From an uncultured Oscillospiraceae bacterium (GTDB lineage Bacteria; Bacillota; Clostridia; Christensenellales; CAG-138), in contig CAZNAL010000002.1 of NCBI GenBank assembly GCA_964571055.1, forward strand, positions 1,503-65,502: 64,000 bases of DNA. Direction: 5' to 3'. Positions within the stretch are counted from its first letter, which is position 1, and each line of letters starts with the position of its first letter. The translations under genes and the position numbers were made by a program. The notes under the pieces were generated by a model. It ran no database searches. It was not told the DNA's origin and saw nothing but the letters and a program-made list of their open reading frames with translations. Positions 1 to 9,185 of this stretch are shown piece after piece.

Positions 1-1007
1 CTTACGGGCTGAAAGCGGCGCTCCAACGCGGGGTCCTTTTCCACAAGCGTCCGGTATTCATCCAAGGTAGTCGCGCCGATGATCTGGATTTCGCCGCGCG
101 CCAAGGCCGGCTTCAGTATGTTGGAAGCGTCGATGCTGCCCTCCGACGCGCCCGCGCCTACAATGGTATGCAGCTCGTCGATAAAGAGAATGGTGTTGCG
201 GTTTTGCGACAGCTCACTTATGGCGTTTTTAAGCCGTTCCTCAAATTCGCCGCGATACTTCGTGCCGGCAAGCATGCTGCCAAGATCCAGCGAGAAAAGC
301 CTTTTGTTTCTTAACGGTTCCGGGATGCCGCCGCTGACGAGGCGCTGCGCCAAACCCTCGACGGCGGCGCTTTTTCCTACGCCCGGATCGCCGAGCAAAA
401 CCGGGTTGTTCTTGGTTCGGCGGCTCAGTATTTGGATGATGCGTTCAATTTCCTTGTCTCTGCCGATCACGGGATCCAGTTCGCCCTCGCGGGCGTCCCG
501 CGTCAGATCATGTCCGTAAGTGTCCAGCACAGGCGTCGCGTTGGACGCGTGCGCGTCGTCGAGTTCGGCGGGATCGGGGGCCTTGCCGGAAAGCATGGCC
601 TGCAGTGCGACGACGTTGGCGGACAGCTCTTCCAAAATGCGCACGGCGACGCAATCCTTTTCGCGAAGAATGGCCAGGAGGATATGCTCGGTGCCTATGT
701 AGCTGTTCTTTTTCTTCTTTGCTTCATATAGGCTTAATTCCAAAATCTTTTTGGTGCGCGGCGTATTGCCGAAGCTATCCGTGAATTGATAGTCGCCGCG
801 GCCAACAAGCGCTTCGGCGCGGCTGTGGATCGCGTTTTCCGTAATATCAAAATAACCGATAGCCTGTGCGGCGGTTCCCCCTTCGCGCATCAAACCTAAA
901 AGAAGGTGCTCGCTGCCCACATAATTATGGCCGAGCTCCCTTGCGCTGTCCTGCGCGAAGGCCAGCGCTCTGCGCGCGCCTTCCGTGAAACGATCAAAAA
1001 AGTCCAT
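1..1007 (-). CDS. clpC: Clp ATPase ClpC-type, N-terminal ~335 codons (C-terminus lies beyond the window edge)
   Basis: Reverse translation from ATG 1007-1005 gives [43 protein letters not shown] (Clp_N repeats). It continues with Walker [19 protein letters not shown], then [11 protein letters not shown] and [19 protein letters not shown] 7 nt upstream. Absent from the ORF track because it runs off the window. Confidence 0.9.
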   Translation of the reverse strand, partial: MDFFDRFTEGARRALAFAQDSARELGHNYVGSEHLLLGLMREGGTAAQAIGYFDITENAIHSRAEALVGRGDYQFTDSFGNTPRTKKILELSLYEAKKKKNSYIGTEHILLAILREKDCVAVRILEELSANVVALQAMLSGKAPDPAELDDAHASNATPVLDTYGHDLTRDAREGELDPVIGRDKEIERIIQILSRRTKNNPVLLGDPGVGKSAAVEGLAQRLVSGGIPEPLRNKRLFSLDLGSMLAGTKYRGEFEERLKNAISELSQNRNTILFIDELHTIVGAGASEGSIDASNILKPALARGEIQIIGATTLDEYRTLVEKDPALERRFQPV

Positions 1008-1025
1008 AATTTTACCTCGTATCCT

Positions 1026-1054
1026 ATTTTAATCTATATTGCCGTTTGTTGCAA
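1026..1054 (-). promoter_or_regulatory. sigma-A-type promoter candidate for clpC (TTGCAA-17-TAAAAT on the minus strand)
   Basis: Minus-strand read: ttgcaa caaacggcaatatagat taaaat. This lies about 20 nt upstream of the GAGGT RBS of clpC. Confidence 0.4.
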
Positions 1055-1069
1055 TAATACGCGTTGTAG

Positions 1070-1098
1070 TTGCTCCTTTTGCGCGGGAATGATATAAT
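1070..1098 (+). promoter_or_regulatory. sigma-A-type promoter candidate for iscS-thiI (TTGCTC-17-TATAAT)
   Basis: ttgctc cttttgcgcgggaatga tataat, about 85 nt upstream of ATG 1182. Confidence 0.4.
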
Positions 1099-1181
1099 AA
1101 CCGTCGGTATGGTTGCATCATATATATGGAGTAAGAGGCGCGGTGCGCCCTCTGAATACTTCGATATAGGAGCGTAGAAGG

Positions 1182-2321
1182 ATGATTTATTTAGATAACA
1201 GCGCCACGACCCGCACGCTGGAAGCAGCGGCGGACGCGGCAAGAAAATATATGACAGAAGGCTTTTTTAACCCGGCGGGCGCCTATGCGCCGGCGGCGGC
1301 TGTCGAGCGCGAGGTGGAAGGCGCGAGGGAACGCTTGGCGCGGGTTTTACAGGCGCAGCCGCAGGAGATATTCTTTACCTCCGGCGGGACGGAAAGCAAT
1401 AACATGGCGCTGCGCGGCGCGACGGCGGCTATGCGAAACGGCGGCGGCGTGATCGTAAGCGGCGTGGAGCATCCGTCCGTCTATGAAACGGCGCACGATT
1501 TAGGCGCGCGCTTTTCCTTTGAGGAAGCGGCGGTAGATGAAACGGGAAAGGTGGATGTTGCAAAGCTCGCGACGATGCTTTCGGAGCAGACGCGCTTGGT
1601 TTCGGTTATGCACGTCAACAACGAAGTCGGCGCGATCAACGACATTCCCGCGATCTATGCGTTGATCAAAAAATACGCGCCGCTCGCGCTGCTGCACGTT
1701 GACGGGGTACAGGCTTTTTTGAAGGTTCCGTTAGAGAGCCGGCATTTCGATCTGTATTCCATCAGCGGTCACAAATTCCATGCGCCCAAGGGCGTGGGTG
1801 CGCTGTATGTGAAGGCGGGCACGCGCTTTAACGGCGGACAAACGGGCGGCGGGCAGGAACGGGGCTTGCGTTCGGGTACGACGAACGTTCCCGGCATTAT
1901 GGGCATGGACGCCGCCATCGCCGACTATATGCAGCACAGGGAAGCGCATATCGAAGCCATGCGCGCATGCAAGAGGCGGTTAGCGGAAAACCTTAGCAGC
2001 ATCGGGGACGTGTACCTCAACGGGCCGGCGGCAGACGCGGGCGCGCCGCACATCTTGAACGCTTCGTTTCTGGGCGTGCGCGGCGAGGTGCTCTTGCACG
2101 CCTTGGAGGAGAAGGAGATCTATGTTTCCACAGGTTCGGCGTGCTCGGCGCATAAGAAGGGGAAGAACCGCATTTTGACCGCCATGGGAATTCTGGGCGA
2201 GCGGCAGGAGGGTGCGATACGCTTCAGCTTCTGCCCCGATAACACCGTCGAGGAAATGGATATTGTAACGGAAGCGATCCAAAGCATTGTGCCTATGCTG
2301 AGACGTTTCAAACGCAGATAG
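1182..2321 (+). CDS. iscS: cysteine desulfurase (class V aminotransferase, NifS/IscS family)
   Basis: 379 aa. PLP-lysine motif SISGHKFHAPKGVGALYVK and active-site loop STGSACSA. Paired with thiI, as in the B. subtilis nifZ-thiI pair. Confidence 0.9.
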   Translation: MIYLDNSATTRTLEAAADAARKYMTEGFFNPAGAYAPAAAVEREVEGARERLARVLQAQPQEIFFTSGGTESNNMALRGATAAMRNGGGVIVSGVEHPSVYETAHDLGARFSFEEAAVDETGKVDVAKLATMLSEQTRLVSVMHVNNEVGAINDIPAIYALIKKYAPLALLHVDGVQAFLKVPLESRHFDLYSISGHKFHAPKGVGALYVKAGTRFNGGQTGGGQERGLRSGTTNVPGIMGMDAAIADYMQHREAHIEAMRACKRRLAENLSSIGDVYLNGPAADAGAPHILNASFLGVRGEVLLHALEEKEIYVSTGSACSAHKKGKNRILTAMGILGERQEGAIRFSFCPDNTVEEMDIVTEAIQSIVPMLRRFKRR

Positions 2322-2349
2322 TACGCACAGAGTAACACGGAGGAAGAAC

Positions 2350-3519
2350 ATGGAACAGGTTTTGCTGATACGATATGGCGAGATACATCTAAAAGGACTC
2401 AACCGTCCCTATTTTGAGCGCGCGCTGCTTTCGCGCATCGAAGCGGCGCTTGACGGTATGCACGCGGACGTGCAGAAGCAGCAGGGACGCATTTTTGTAT
2501 GGGGCTTGGACGCGTCGGATATGGAAAAAGCCACCGACAATTTGACCCGCGTTTTCGGCGTCCATTCCCTAAGCCCTGCCGTGGCGGTGGAGAAGGATTG
2601 GGACAGCGTTTGCAGCGCCGCGTTTTCTTTAATGGAATCGCGCATACAGAACCAGCCGCAGTCCTCCTTTAAGGTGTTTGCAAGGCGGTCGGACAAAACC
2701 TTTCCCATGAATTCCGATACGATCGCCAAGGAGCTTGGCCATGAGCTGCTGGAGCGCTTTCCCGACACGCTGCATGTGGATATCCGAGAACCGAAGATCA
2801 AGATTTGCGTGGAGATCAGGGAAAAGGCGTTCGTGTATTTGGATGAGATCATGGGGGCGGGCGGCATGCCTACGGGTACGGCCGGACGCGCGGCGCTGCT
2901 GATCTCCGGCGGCATCGACAGCCCGGTGGCGGGGTACATGCTTGCCCGTCGCGGGGTGGAGCTTTCGGCGGTGCATTTTTACAGCTATCCCTACACGAGC
3001 GTGCGCGCGAGGGATAAGGTCGTGGAGCTGTCCGCGCTTGTGGCGCGCTACGCCGGTAAGATTCGGCTGCATCTCGTGCCCTTTACGGAAATACAGATGA
3101 CGATCTACGAAAAATGCCCCCAAAAGGAAACGACGGTACTGATGCGCCGCTTGATGATGAAGATCGCGGAGCGCATCGCGCGGGAGGACGGCGCGCAGGC
3201 GCTCATTACGGGCGAAGCGCTGGGTCAGGTGGCAAGTCAAACGCTGGAGAGCCTGTGCGTAACGGACGACGCGGTGCAGATGCCCGTATTCCGTCCGCTG
3301 ATAGGCTTTGATAAGGACGACATCGTAGCGGTCGCGAAGAAGATAGGCACCTTTGAAACCTCCATTTTGCCTTATGAGGATTGCTGCACGGTGTTTGTGC
3401 CGCAGCACCCCGTAACCAAACCAAAGCTCGAGCAGCTGCGCGAAAGCGAAGCGGCGGTAGACTTTTCCGCCATGATCGACAAGGCTGTGGCGGAGACAGA
3501 GCTGGTGGAGGTCGGTTAA
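2350..3519 (+). CDS. thiI: tRNA 4-thiouridine(8) synthase ThiI
   Basis: 389 aa. N-terminal ferredoxin-like/THUMP region (LIRYGEIHLKG) and PP-loop LISGGIDSPVAGYML. GGAGGA RBS. Confidence 0.9.
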   Translation: MEQVLLIRYGEIHLKGLNRPYFERALLSRIEAALDGMHADVQKQQGRIFVWGLDASDMEKATDNLTRVFGVHSLSPAVAVEKDWDSVCSAAFSLMESRIQNQPQSSFKVFARRSDKTFPMNSDTIAKELGHELLERFPDTLHVDIREPKIKICVEIREKAFVYLDEIMGAGGMPTGTAGRAALLISGGIDSPVAGYMLARRGVELSAVHFYSYPYTSVRARDKVVELSALVARYAGKIRLHLVPFTEIQMTIYEKCPQKETTVLMRRLMMKIAERIAREDGAQALITGEALGQVASQTLESLCVTDDAVQMPVFRPLIGFDKDDIVAVAKKIGTFETSILPYEDCCTVFVPQHPVTKPKLEQLRESEAAVDFSAMIDKAVAETELVEVG

Positions 3520-3548
3520 AGTACGCGAAAACGAAGGAGGGAGCGGCT

Positions 3549-4256
3549 GTGAAAAGAATCGGGCTTATCTTATTGCTGCTTTGCCTGCTTTTATACGGCT
3601 GCGCAAACGAGGCGGCGGCTGTGCCTGACGCGGCGCAAACGGAGATCGTGATTGCGACGCCAAAACCTGCGCGGCAGTATCCGTCGGGCGATCTGTCGCC
3701 GCTTAGCATGGAGCGCGGCAATATGGAGATCACGAACGGTGTGATCCTCTATCCCAAGGTGAGCACGGGCGCTTATGCGGACGCGATCAACACGGTTATA
3801 TGCGAAAAGACGCGGGAAAAAGCGGAAATGTTCGATATGCAGGTATTTACGGAATACCGCATCGAATATAACGATAAGGGGCTGCTTTCTCTTATGATGT
3901 TTATCCGCGAAGCGGAAACGGACGGGCTTCTTGCGTGTCTTCCGCTTACCTTCGATACCGCGTCCGGTTCGCTCTGCGAGCTCGCCTACTTTTTCGATCC
4001 CAATGACGAGACATGGCGGGAAACGATTGCGCAGCGCGTGGAGGAGGAAGCAAAGAATAACGATATGGCGCTTTTGCACGATATAACGGCCATAGAGGAT
4101 AACAGGCCTTTCTATATTTCGGAGAACGGTATCGTGATCCAATACAGGCTGTACGAAATCGCCGCCTATTCGGCGGGATGGCCGGAGTTTACGGTTCCGA
4201 TCGCACATGTGCGGGATCAGCTTGCCCCCAACAGCCCGTTGACGCGCATCGGATAG
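3549..4256 (+). CDS. putative lipoprotein with DUF3298 (RsiV/PdaC C-terminal-like) domain
   Basis: GTG start preceded by GAAGGAGGGAG. Signal peptide plus lipobox (V)KRIGLILLLLCLLLYGC. C-terminal PFYISENGIVIQYRLYEIAAYSAGWPEFTVP is typical of DUF3298. The track ORF start at 3381 is an upstream extension overlapping thiI. Confidence 0.7.
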   Translation: MKRIGLILLLLCLLLYGCANEAAAVPDAAQTEIVIATPKPARQYPSGDLSPLSMERGNMEITNGVILYPKVSTGAYADAINTVICEKTREKAEMFDMQVFTEYRIEYNDKGLLSLMMFIREAETDGLLACLPLTFDTASGSLCELAYFFDPNDETWRETIAQRVEEEAKNNDMALLHDITAIEDNRPFYISENGIVIQYRLYEIAAYSAGWPEFTVPIAHVRDQLAPNSPLTRIG

Positions 4257-4269
4257 GGGAGGAGAGCGT

Positions 4270-4518
4270 ATGCGTTGCAGCTGCCGAAAATGCGGAACTT
4301 ATATGGTACAGGAGGAATACGGCCTGCGCAGCGGCTGTAAATGTCCCGCCTGCGGCGAGATGTGTCACGACTGCATGGGGAGCGCGCAGGAGCCGATGGA
4401 TAAAGAGGCGCTTGCCGCCATGTTTGCATTCGGCGTATCGGGCGCCGGGGAGGGCGAACCCGAGCGCGAACAAGCGCAGGAGGAAGATCACGGAATGGAT
4501 TGGAGAAAGTATCTTTGA
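4270..4518 (+). CDS. small Cys-rich (zinc-ribbon-like) protein with acidic tail, function unknown
   Basis: 82 aa. CxCxxC...CxCxxCxxxCxxC pattern (MRCSCRKCGTYM..CKCPACGEMCHDC). Strong GGAGGAG RBS 6 nt upstream of the ATG. Confidence 0.55.
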   Translation: MRCSCRKCGTYMVQEEYGLRSGCKCPACGEMCHDCMGSAQEPMDKEALAAMFAFGVSGAGEGEPEREQAQEEDHGMDWRKYL

Positions 4519-5072
4519 AGGAACGAGTACCGAATACACAAAAGAAGAAGGCCAAGGGCATCACGCCCATGGACGCGGCGCTCAAGTACCTTACGGCCAA
4601 GGCGCGCACCGTGCGGGAAATGGAGCTGTATCTGGACAAGCAAGAGTACGGTGAATATGAGGTCTATCAGGTCGTGGAACGGCTCAAGGAGCTTGGGTAT
4701 TTGAACGATGAAGTGTATGCTTGCGACTTCGTGCGCACGCGCCTTGCAACGCGCCCTATAAGCCGCGCTAAGCTAAAGGAGCAGCTATACGCGCACAAGC
4801 TTTCGCTAGAGGCTATCGATGCGGCGCTAGCACAGGTAAGCGACGAGGAGGAGCGGCGAAACGCCGACGCCGTCGCGGAGAAATACGCGCGCGTTTTTGC
4901 GGATCTACCGGATGAGCAGAAGCGCAGACGCCTTTTACAGCGCCTTTGCGCTCGCGGCTACGGCTATGATACCGTGCGCGCCTGTATGGCGGCGCTCTCG
5001 GCGGGCGTGGACGAGGAAGAGTACCGCGCCGCGTGCGCGCATGCGGGCGCCGATGCGGAGGACGAGCTTTGA
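4500..5072 (+). CDS. recX: recombination regulator RecX
   Basis: Three-helix repeats: ALKYLTAKARTVREMELYL, VVERLKELGYLNDEVYACDFVRTR, LLQRLCARGYGYD. The start is uncertain. It is either TTG 4500, which overlaps the upstream ORF by 19 nt, or ATG 4569. Confidence 0.8.
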   Translation: MEKVSLKERVPNTQKKKAKGITPMDAALKYLTAKARTVREMELYLDKQEYGEYEVYQVVERLKELGYLNDEVYACDFVRTRLATRPISRAKLKEQLYAHKLSLEAIDAALAQVSDEEERRNADAVAEKYARVFADLPDEQKRRRLLQRLCARGYGYDTVRACMAALSAGVDEEEYRAACAHAGADAEDEL

Positions 5073-5446
5073 TACTGGGAACGGGTGTGGACGTCATCGA
5101 GATCGCGCGCGTGGAAAAAGCCGCAAAACGCGAAGGCTTTGCCAGACGCATTCTGTCGATCGACGAGATCGCCTATTGGGAAGGGAAAGGCCGCGCGGCG
5201 GAAACGCTGTCGGGCGCTTTTGCGGCTAAAGAGGCCGTTTCCAAGGCGTTGGGGACGGGCTTTGGCTTGATCGGCTGGAAAGAAGTAGAAATATTGCACG
5301 AAGAGAACGGCGCGCCGTATGCGCGCTTGACGGGCGCGGCATTTCAAAGACTGCAAGCGCTGGGCGGCACGCGCGTGCATGTGAGCATTTCTCATTGCAA
5401 GACCTACGCGATCGCGCAGGCGGTTATCGAATCAACGCGTGAATAG
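5069..5446 (+). CDS. acpS: holo-[acyl-carrier-protein] synthase
   Basis: (L)ILGTGVDVIEIARV...FAAKEAVSKALGTG...ISHCKTYAIAQAV. TTG 5069 overlaps the recX stop and gives the canonical AcpS N-terminus. The track start at 5033 is an extension. Confidence 0.85.
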   Translation: MILGTGVDVIEIARVEKAAKREGFARRILSIDEIAYWEGKGRAAETLSGAFAAKEAVSKALGTGFGLIGWKEVEILHEENGAPYARLTGAAFQRLQALGGTRVHVSISHCKTYAIAQAVIESTRE

Positions 5447-5464
5447 ACGCGGATCGGAACGGTT

Positions 5465-6034
5465 ATGACGCTGGAGGAGCAAAAAAAAGCGCTGCGCAGC
5501 CAAATGCGCGCACAATGCAAGGCGTTGCAGACGCAGGCCCGCGAGGCGTTTTCCTTTGCGGCTTGCGAGAGACTAGCGGCGCTTCCCAATTTTACCGCAG
5601 CGTCCTGCATCCTTGCCTATCAAGCCATGCCCCATGAATGCGACCCGCAAAGGCTGGTCATGCTTGCGCGGGACGCGGGGAAGAAGGTGGCTTTTCCCGT
5701 CTGTGAAGAAGGCTTTTCGCTGCGGCTTTGGATACCGCGGTCGCCAGACGCTTTCCAAAGGGGTAAATACGGCATATGGGAACCCGATCCGTTGCGCTCA
5801 AAACGCATAGAGGCGGACGCGTTGGATTTGATCGTGGTTCCGGGCGTAGCCTTTGACGCTAACTGCAGGCGTTTGGGGCAGGGCGCTGGCTATTACGACA
5901 GGCTTTTGCAAAACGCCGGCGCGGTGAAAATAGGGATCGCGTTCCCCTTGCAGATCGTTGCGGCGGTACCGGCCGGCGCGCATGATGTCACGTTGGACGC
6001 GGTGGTTACGGCGGACACGGTTTTTTCACGGTGA
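5465..6034 (+). CDS. 5-formyltetrahydrofolate cyclo-ligase
   Basis: 189 aa. LDLIVVPGVAFDANCRRLGQGAGYYDRLL is the family signature. Confidence 0.85.
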   Translation: MTLEEQKKALRSQMRAQCKALQTQAREAFSFAACERLAALPNFTAASCILAYQAMPHECDPQRLVMLARDAGKKVAFPVCEEGFSLRLWIPRSPDAFQRGKYGIWEPDPLRSKRIEADALDLIVVPGVAFDANCRRLGQGAGYYDRLLQNAGAVKIGIAFPLQIVAAVPAGAHDVTLDAVVTADTVFSR

Positions 6035-6120
6035 CGACATGAATATTGTTTATTTTTACTTGTCACGGCATTTCGCGGATGATACAATACGAGGTGGTAT
6101 TCAAAGCAGCGGAGGATGAA

Positions 6121-6672
6121 ATGCGCATTATCGCGGGAAGCAAACGAGGCGCGATGCTGGCTGCGCCGAAGGGAAGGAATACGCGGCCTACGCTGGATCG
6201 CGTAAAGGAATCCCTGTTTGGCATCCTTCAATTTGAAATACCCGGTGCTGTAGTGCTCGATTTGTTCGCGGGCTCCGGCGCGTTGGGACTGGAGGCATTG
6301 TCCCGCGGCGCGTCCTTGGCGGTGTTTTGCGATCACGACAGGCAAAGCTTGGCGGTCGTTCGGCAAAACATCGAGAAGCTGGGGTTTAGCGCAAACTGCG
6401 TGGTGTACGCTTTCGATTATCAGGCGGCGCTGCAGACGGCGGCTGCCGCAGGCTACGTTTTCAACGTCGTTTTTTTAGACCCGCCTTATGCTTCCGGTTA
6501 TGCGCTGCGGGCGATGGAAGCGATCTTGACGCACGGGCTGTTGCAAAAGGACGGCGTCGTGGTGATCGAACACGATCCCAAGGATGCGGTTGCCTATGAC
6601 GGTTTTAGGGCGGATACGCGTCAGTATGGCGATGTGGCGCTTACGCTGCTGCGCAGGGAGAAGGAAACATGA
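6121..6672 (+). CDS. rsmD: 16S rRNA (guanine966-N2)-methyltransferase RsmD
   Basis: MRIIAGSKRGAMLAAPKGRNTRPTLDRVKESLF, SAM motif LDLFAGSGALGLEALSRGA, and FLDPPY. GGAGGA RBS before ATG 6121. The track start at 6046 is an extension. Confidence 0.9.
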   Translation: MRIIAGSKRGAMLAAPKGRNTRPTLDRVKESLFGILQFEIPGAVVLDLFAGSGALGLEALSRGASLAVFCDHDRQSLAVVRQNIEKLGFSANCVVYAFDYQAALQTAAAAGYVFNVVFLDPPYASGYALRAMEAILTHGLLQKDGVVVIEHDPKDAVAYDGFRADTRQYGDVALTLLRREKET

Positions 6673-7157
6673 CCAAGGTGATCTTTACCGGCAGCTTCGA
6701 TCCCTTCACGATAGGGCATTTGGATATACTCAGGCGCGCCGCCTCGCTTTTTGAAGGCGTGACGGTCGGCGTGCTTGTGAATCGGGAAAAGCAAACGGCT
6801 TTTACCGCAGAGGAGCGCTGTGAGATGATTCGGCGCGTGGTGGAAGCGGAAGCGTTTGAGAATGTACGCGTGGAGTCGTTTTCCGGGCTTGCCGTAGAGC
6901 TTGCGAAACGCGCGGGAAGCGATTGCATGCTCCGAGGTCTGCGAGACGCGGGGGATCTGCCGTATGAGCAGCGTCTTGAACGGTTAAACCTGCATCTTGC
7001 GCCGGATATTCAAACCGTTTATATGGCGGCGTCACCCGCCTATGCGCATATCAGTTCCTCGGCGGTCAAGGAGATATGCGCGTGGGGCGGAAACCTAGAA
7101 GGGCTGGTGCCTGCGCCGATCCAAATAAGTATCGCAGAAAGGTTGATAAAGCGATGA
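6669..7157 (+). CDS. coaD: phosphopantetheine adenylyltransferase
   Basis: VIFTGSFDPFTIGHLDIL (T/HxGH motif) and ISSSAVKEI. ATGA overlap with rsmD. Confidence 0.95.
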   Translation: MTKVIFTGSFDPFTIGHLDILRRAASLFEGVTVGVLVNREKQTAFTAEERCEMIRRVVEAEAFENVRVESFSGLAVELAKRAGSDCMLRGLRDAGDLPYEQRLERLNLHLAPDIQTVYMAASPAYAHISSSAVKEICAWGGNLEGLVPAPIQISIAERLIKR

Positions 7158-8098
7158 GCGACAACGGACAAAACATGAGGATCTATAGCATCATAGAGCA
7201 GCTGGAGGAGACGATTGAAAACAGTCCCCGCCCCAAAATCGGAAGCTCCGCGGGCAAGCGCATCGTGGAGATCGATGAACTCCACGACATCCTGGGCGAT
7301 CTTAAGGTCACCATACCCGAGGATATTCGCCGCGCGAACAGCGTTATGCTACAGGCGGAAAACATGATCAACAACGCGGCTGATCATGCCCGTGAGTTGG
7401 TGGAAAACGCCCAGCGCGAGGCGGACACGCTGCTGGCTGCCTCCAATGAGAAGTCCGAACAGATTTTAGATAGCGCAAAGAACGAATACGAGCGCTTGGT
7501 TTCCGAAGACGAGATCTATCAGGAAGCGCAGCGCCGCGCGAAGCTGCTTGCTAAGAAGGCCGAATACAACGCGGGCGTCGTGTTTGATAACGCGAAGGTA
7601 TACGCGGACGAGGTCATGGCGGATCTGGATCGTTTCCTGCATGAATACCGCCAGCAGATCGCGGCAAACCGGCGCGATCTTGACGCGCGCGCAAGGAACA
7701 CCACCGTTGTGCCGCCGGAAGCGGCGCCGGTCGTGCCGCCGGCTATGCAGCCCATGCAGCCGCCGATGCAGTCGCCAGCCGCGCAGCCCATGCAACAGCC
7801 CATGCAGCCCATGGCAAATCCGGCGCAGGCAGGCGGCCCCATGCAGCCGCCGCAGCGTCCCGTTGCGCCAGCGCCTGTTTTCGTGCAGCCGCCGCAGCAG
7901 CAAGTAAGAGCCGCGCAGCCTGATCAGCCTCCGCGCGGACGGCAAAACGCCGCGCCGCAGCCGCCACAGGATCCATATCTTGCGGACGATACGGACGACC
8001 TTGACGAGCCGCCCAAGAAGTCCCTGTTCGGCGGGCTGTTCAAACGCAAGAAGAAGGACGTTTTTGAGGACGATGATTTCAGCGACGATTTTGAATAA
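7154..8098 (+). CDS. coiled-coil protein with Pro/Gln/Met-rich disordered tail and acidic C-terminus (function unknown)
   Basis: ATG 7154 overlaps the coaD stop (ATGA). The N-terminal ~190 aa are predicted helical (…RELVENAQREADTLLAASNEKSEQILDSAKNEYERL…). An (MQP)-like repeat tract follows, and the protein ends in DDDFSDDFE. The track start at 7076 lies inside coaD. Confidence 0.6.
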   Translation: MSDNGQNMRIYSIIEQLEETIENSPRPKIGSSAGKRIVEIDELHDILGDLKVTIPEDIRRANSVMLQAENMINNAADHARELVENAQREADTLLAASNEKSEQILDSAKNEYERLVSEDEIYQEAQRRAKLLAKKAEYNAGVVFDNAKVYADEVMADLDRFLHEYRQQIAANRRDLDARARNTTVVPPEAAPVVPPAMQPMQPPMQSPAAQPMQQPMQPMANPAQAGGPMQPPQRPVAPAPVFVQPPQQQVRAAQPDQPPRGRQNAAPQPPQDPYLADDTDDLDEPPKKSLFGGLFKRKKKDVFEDDDFSDDFE

Positions 8099-8112
8099 GG
8101 CAATGAAAGATA

Positions 8113-8140
8113 AATAAGACCCACACGGGTCTTATTTTTA
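8113..8140. terminator. bidirectional intrinsic terminator between convergent genes
   Basis: Perfect 10-bp stem AATAAGACCC / GGGTCTTATT with ACAC loop. Flanked by an A-run upstream and a T-run downstream. Confidence 0.8.
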
Positions 8141-8147
8141 TGACGTG

Positions 8148-9155
8148 CTATAAATGCTTATTTCGCGGATGACGCGCTGCGACGCACCACACCCATACAA
8201 CCAGCATGGAGAAGGAGGATATGAGGAAGATCCAAAGGGAGGACAGAGCGTTCTCCTTTAGTTTATACAGATCGAGCGTGTAGATAACCTCCTGCGCGCC
8301 TGTAAAAAAGAGCGGTGTAAGAAGATAGGCGAACAGGGCGGCAAAGAATCCTTGCTGAAGCTTGTAAAGAAGATAGCGCCAAGGGAGCAGCGCATAGAAT
8401 TGCATGGATTGCGTCATGATGCATACGCCGCCAAAGGAAAAAAGGAAGGCCGAAAGCGCCGCCAAATGCTGCGTGCGAAGCGGCAGGCCGGAGAGCATAG
8501 AGCAGCCGTTTACAACCTCCAGCATACCTGTGAGTATGGCGCAAAGGAGGGGCGGCGGCGGTTGCAAATGAAATGCTTCCCATAAAGCGCCGACGAGCGA
8601 GAGCAGCACGCGGTAAGATAGTATGACGCCGCCGATGGAGAGCATGGCAAGCACGCCGTTGTATATGGATGCGCTCAAAGCGGCGGAAACGGTCTGTATC
8701 GGTGCGGGCTTCATCGCAAGGGCGGGGCGGGAGCGGCGGCAAAGGCACAGCATCAAAAACGCGCTTGCATACTGCGCGAGCAAAAGGGGAATCGCCAATT
8801 TGGGCGTTTGCAGCATGCCCACGCAGTACGCGCCGCTAATAAACATGGGGCCGATGACGCTGCACGCAGCGATGAGCGCGGTATGCGCGCCGTCGCCACG
8901 GTCACAGGCCGCGCAAAGCCGCGCCCCGGACGGCGCGCCCGCAAGCAGACTCATACAAAAAAAGGGGAGCACGCCGCGTTGCAGCGTTCCTAATCGGCAC
9001 AGCATATCCGTACATATGAAAAAGGGAAGCAGCGCCGGTACGACCTGTCCCGACCAAAGGGACAGCGCCTCCTTCGCCGCCTGTAAAGCCGCGCGGCTAA
9101 AAAGCAGCAAAAGCGTCATGCAAACGACCAAAAGCACAAAAAGCGTTTTTTTCAT
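8148..9155 (-). CDS. ylbJ: sporulation integral membrane protein YlbJ
   Basis: 335 aa, polytopic. N-terminus ...AAKEALSLWSGQVVPALLPFFICTDML matches the YlbJ family. Synteny with coaD and ylbM as in B. subtilis. Confidence 0.75.
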   Translation of the reverse strand: MKKTLFVLLVVCMTLLLLFSRAALQAAKEALSLWSGQVVPALLPFFICTDMLCRLGTLQRGVLPFFCMSLLAGAPSGARLCAACDRGDGAHTALIAACSVIGPMFISGAYCVGMLQTPKLAIPLLLAQYASAFLMLCLCRRSRPALAMKPAPIQTVSAALSASIYNGVLAMLSIGGVILSYRVLLSLVGALWEAFHLQPPPPLLCAILTGMLEVVNGCSMLSGLPLRTQHLAALSAFLFSFGGVCIMTQSMQFYALLPWRYLLYKLQQGFFAALFAYLLTPLFFTGAQEVIYTLDLYKLKENALSSLWIFLISSFSMLVVWVWCVAARHPRNKHL

Positions 9156-9185
9156 GCTCCTATTCTATGAATCCCGCGGAAGCGT

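Noticed and set aside
79-731. Plus-strand track ORFs (146, 99 and 60 aa) at the left edge of the window
   Set aside because: They lie antisense to a clear ClpC-type ATPase reading frame that runs off the window on the minus strand. Their products are low-complexity (S/R/A/P-rich) and they have no RBS. They are shadow ORFs.
1008-1181. Looked for a CtsR operator (GGTCAAA direct repeat) and mcsA/mcsB upstream of clpC
   Set aside because: No GGTCAAA/TTTGACC heptads occur in the divergent clpC-iscS intergenic region, and clpC is immediately flanked by iscS. No class III heat-shock operator can be supported.
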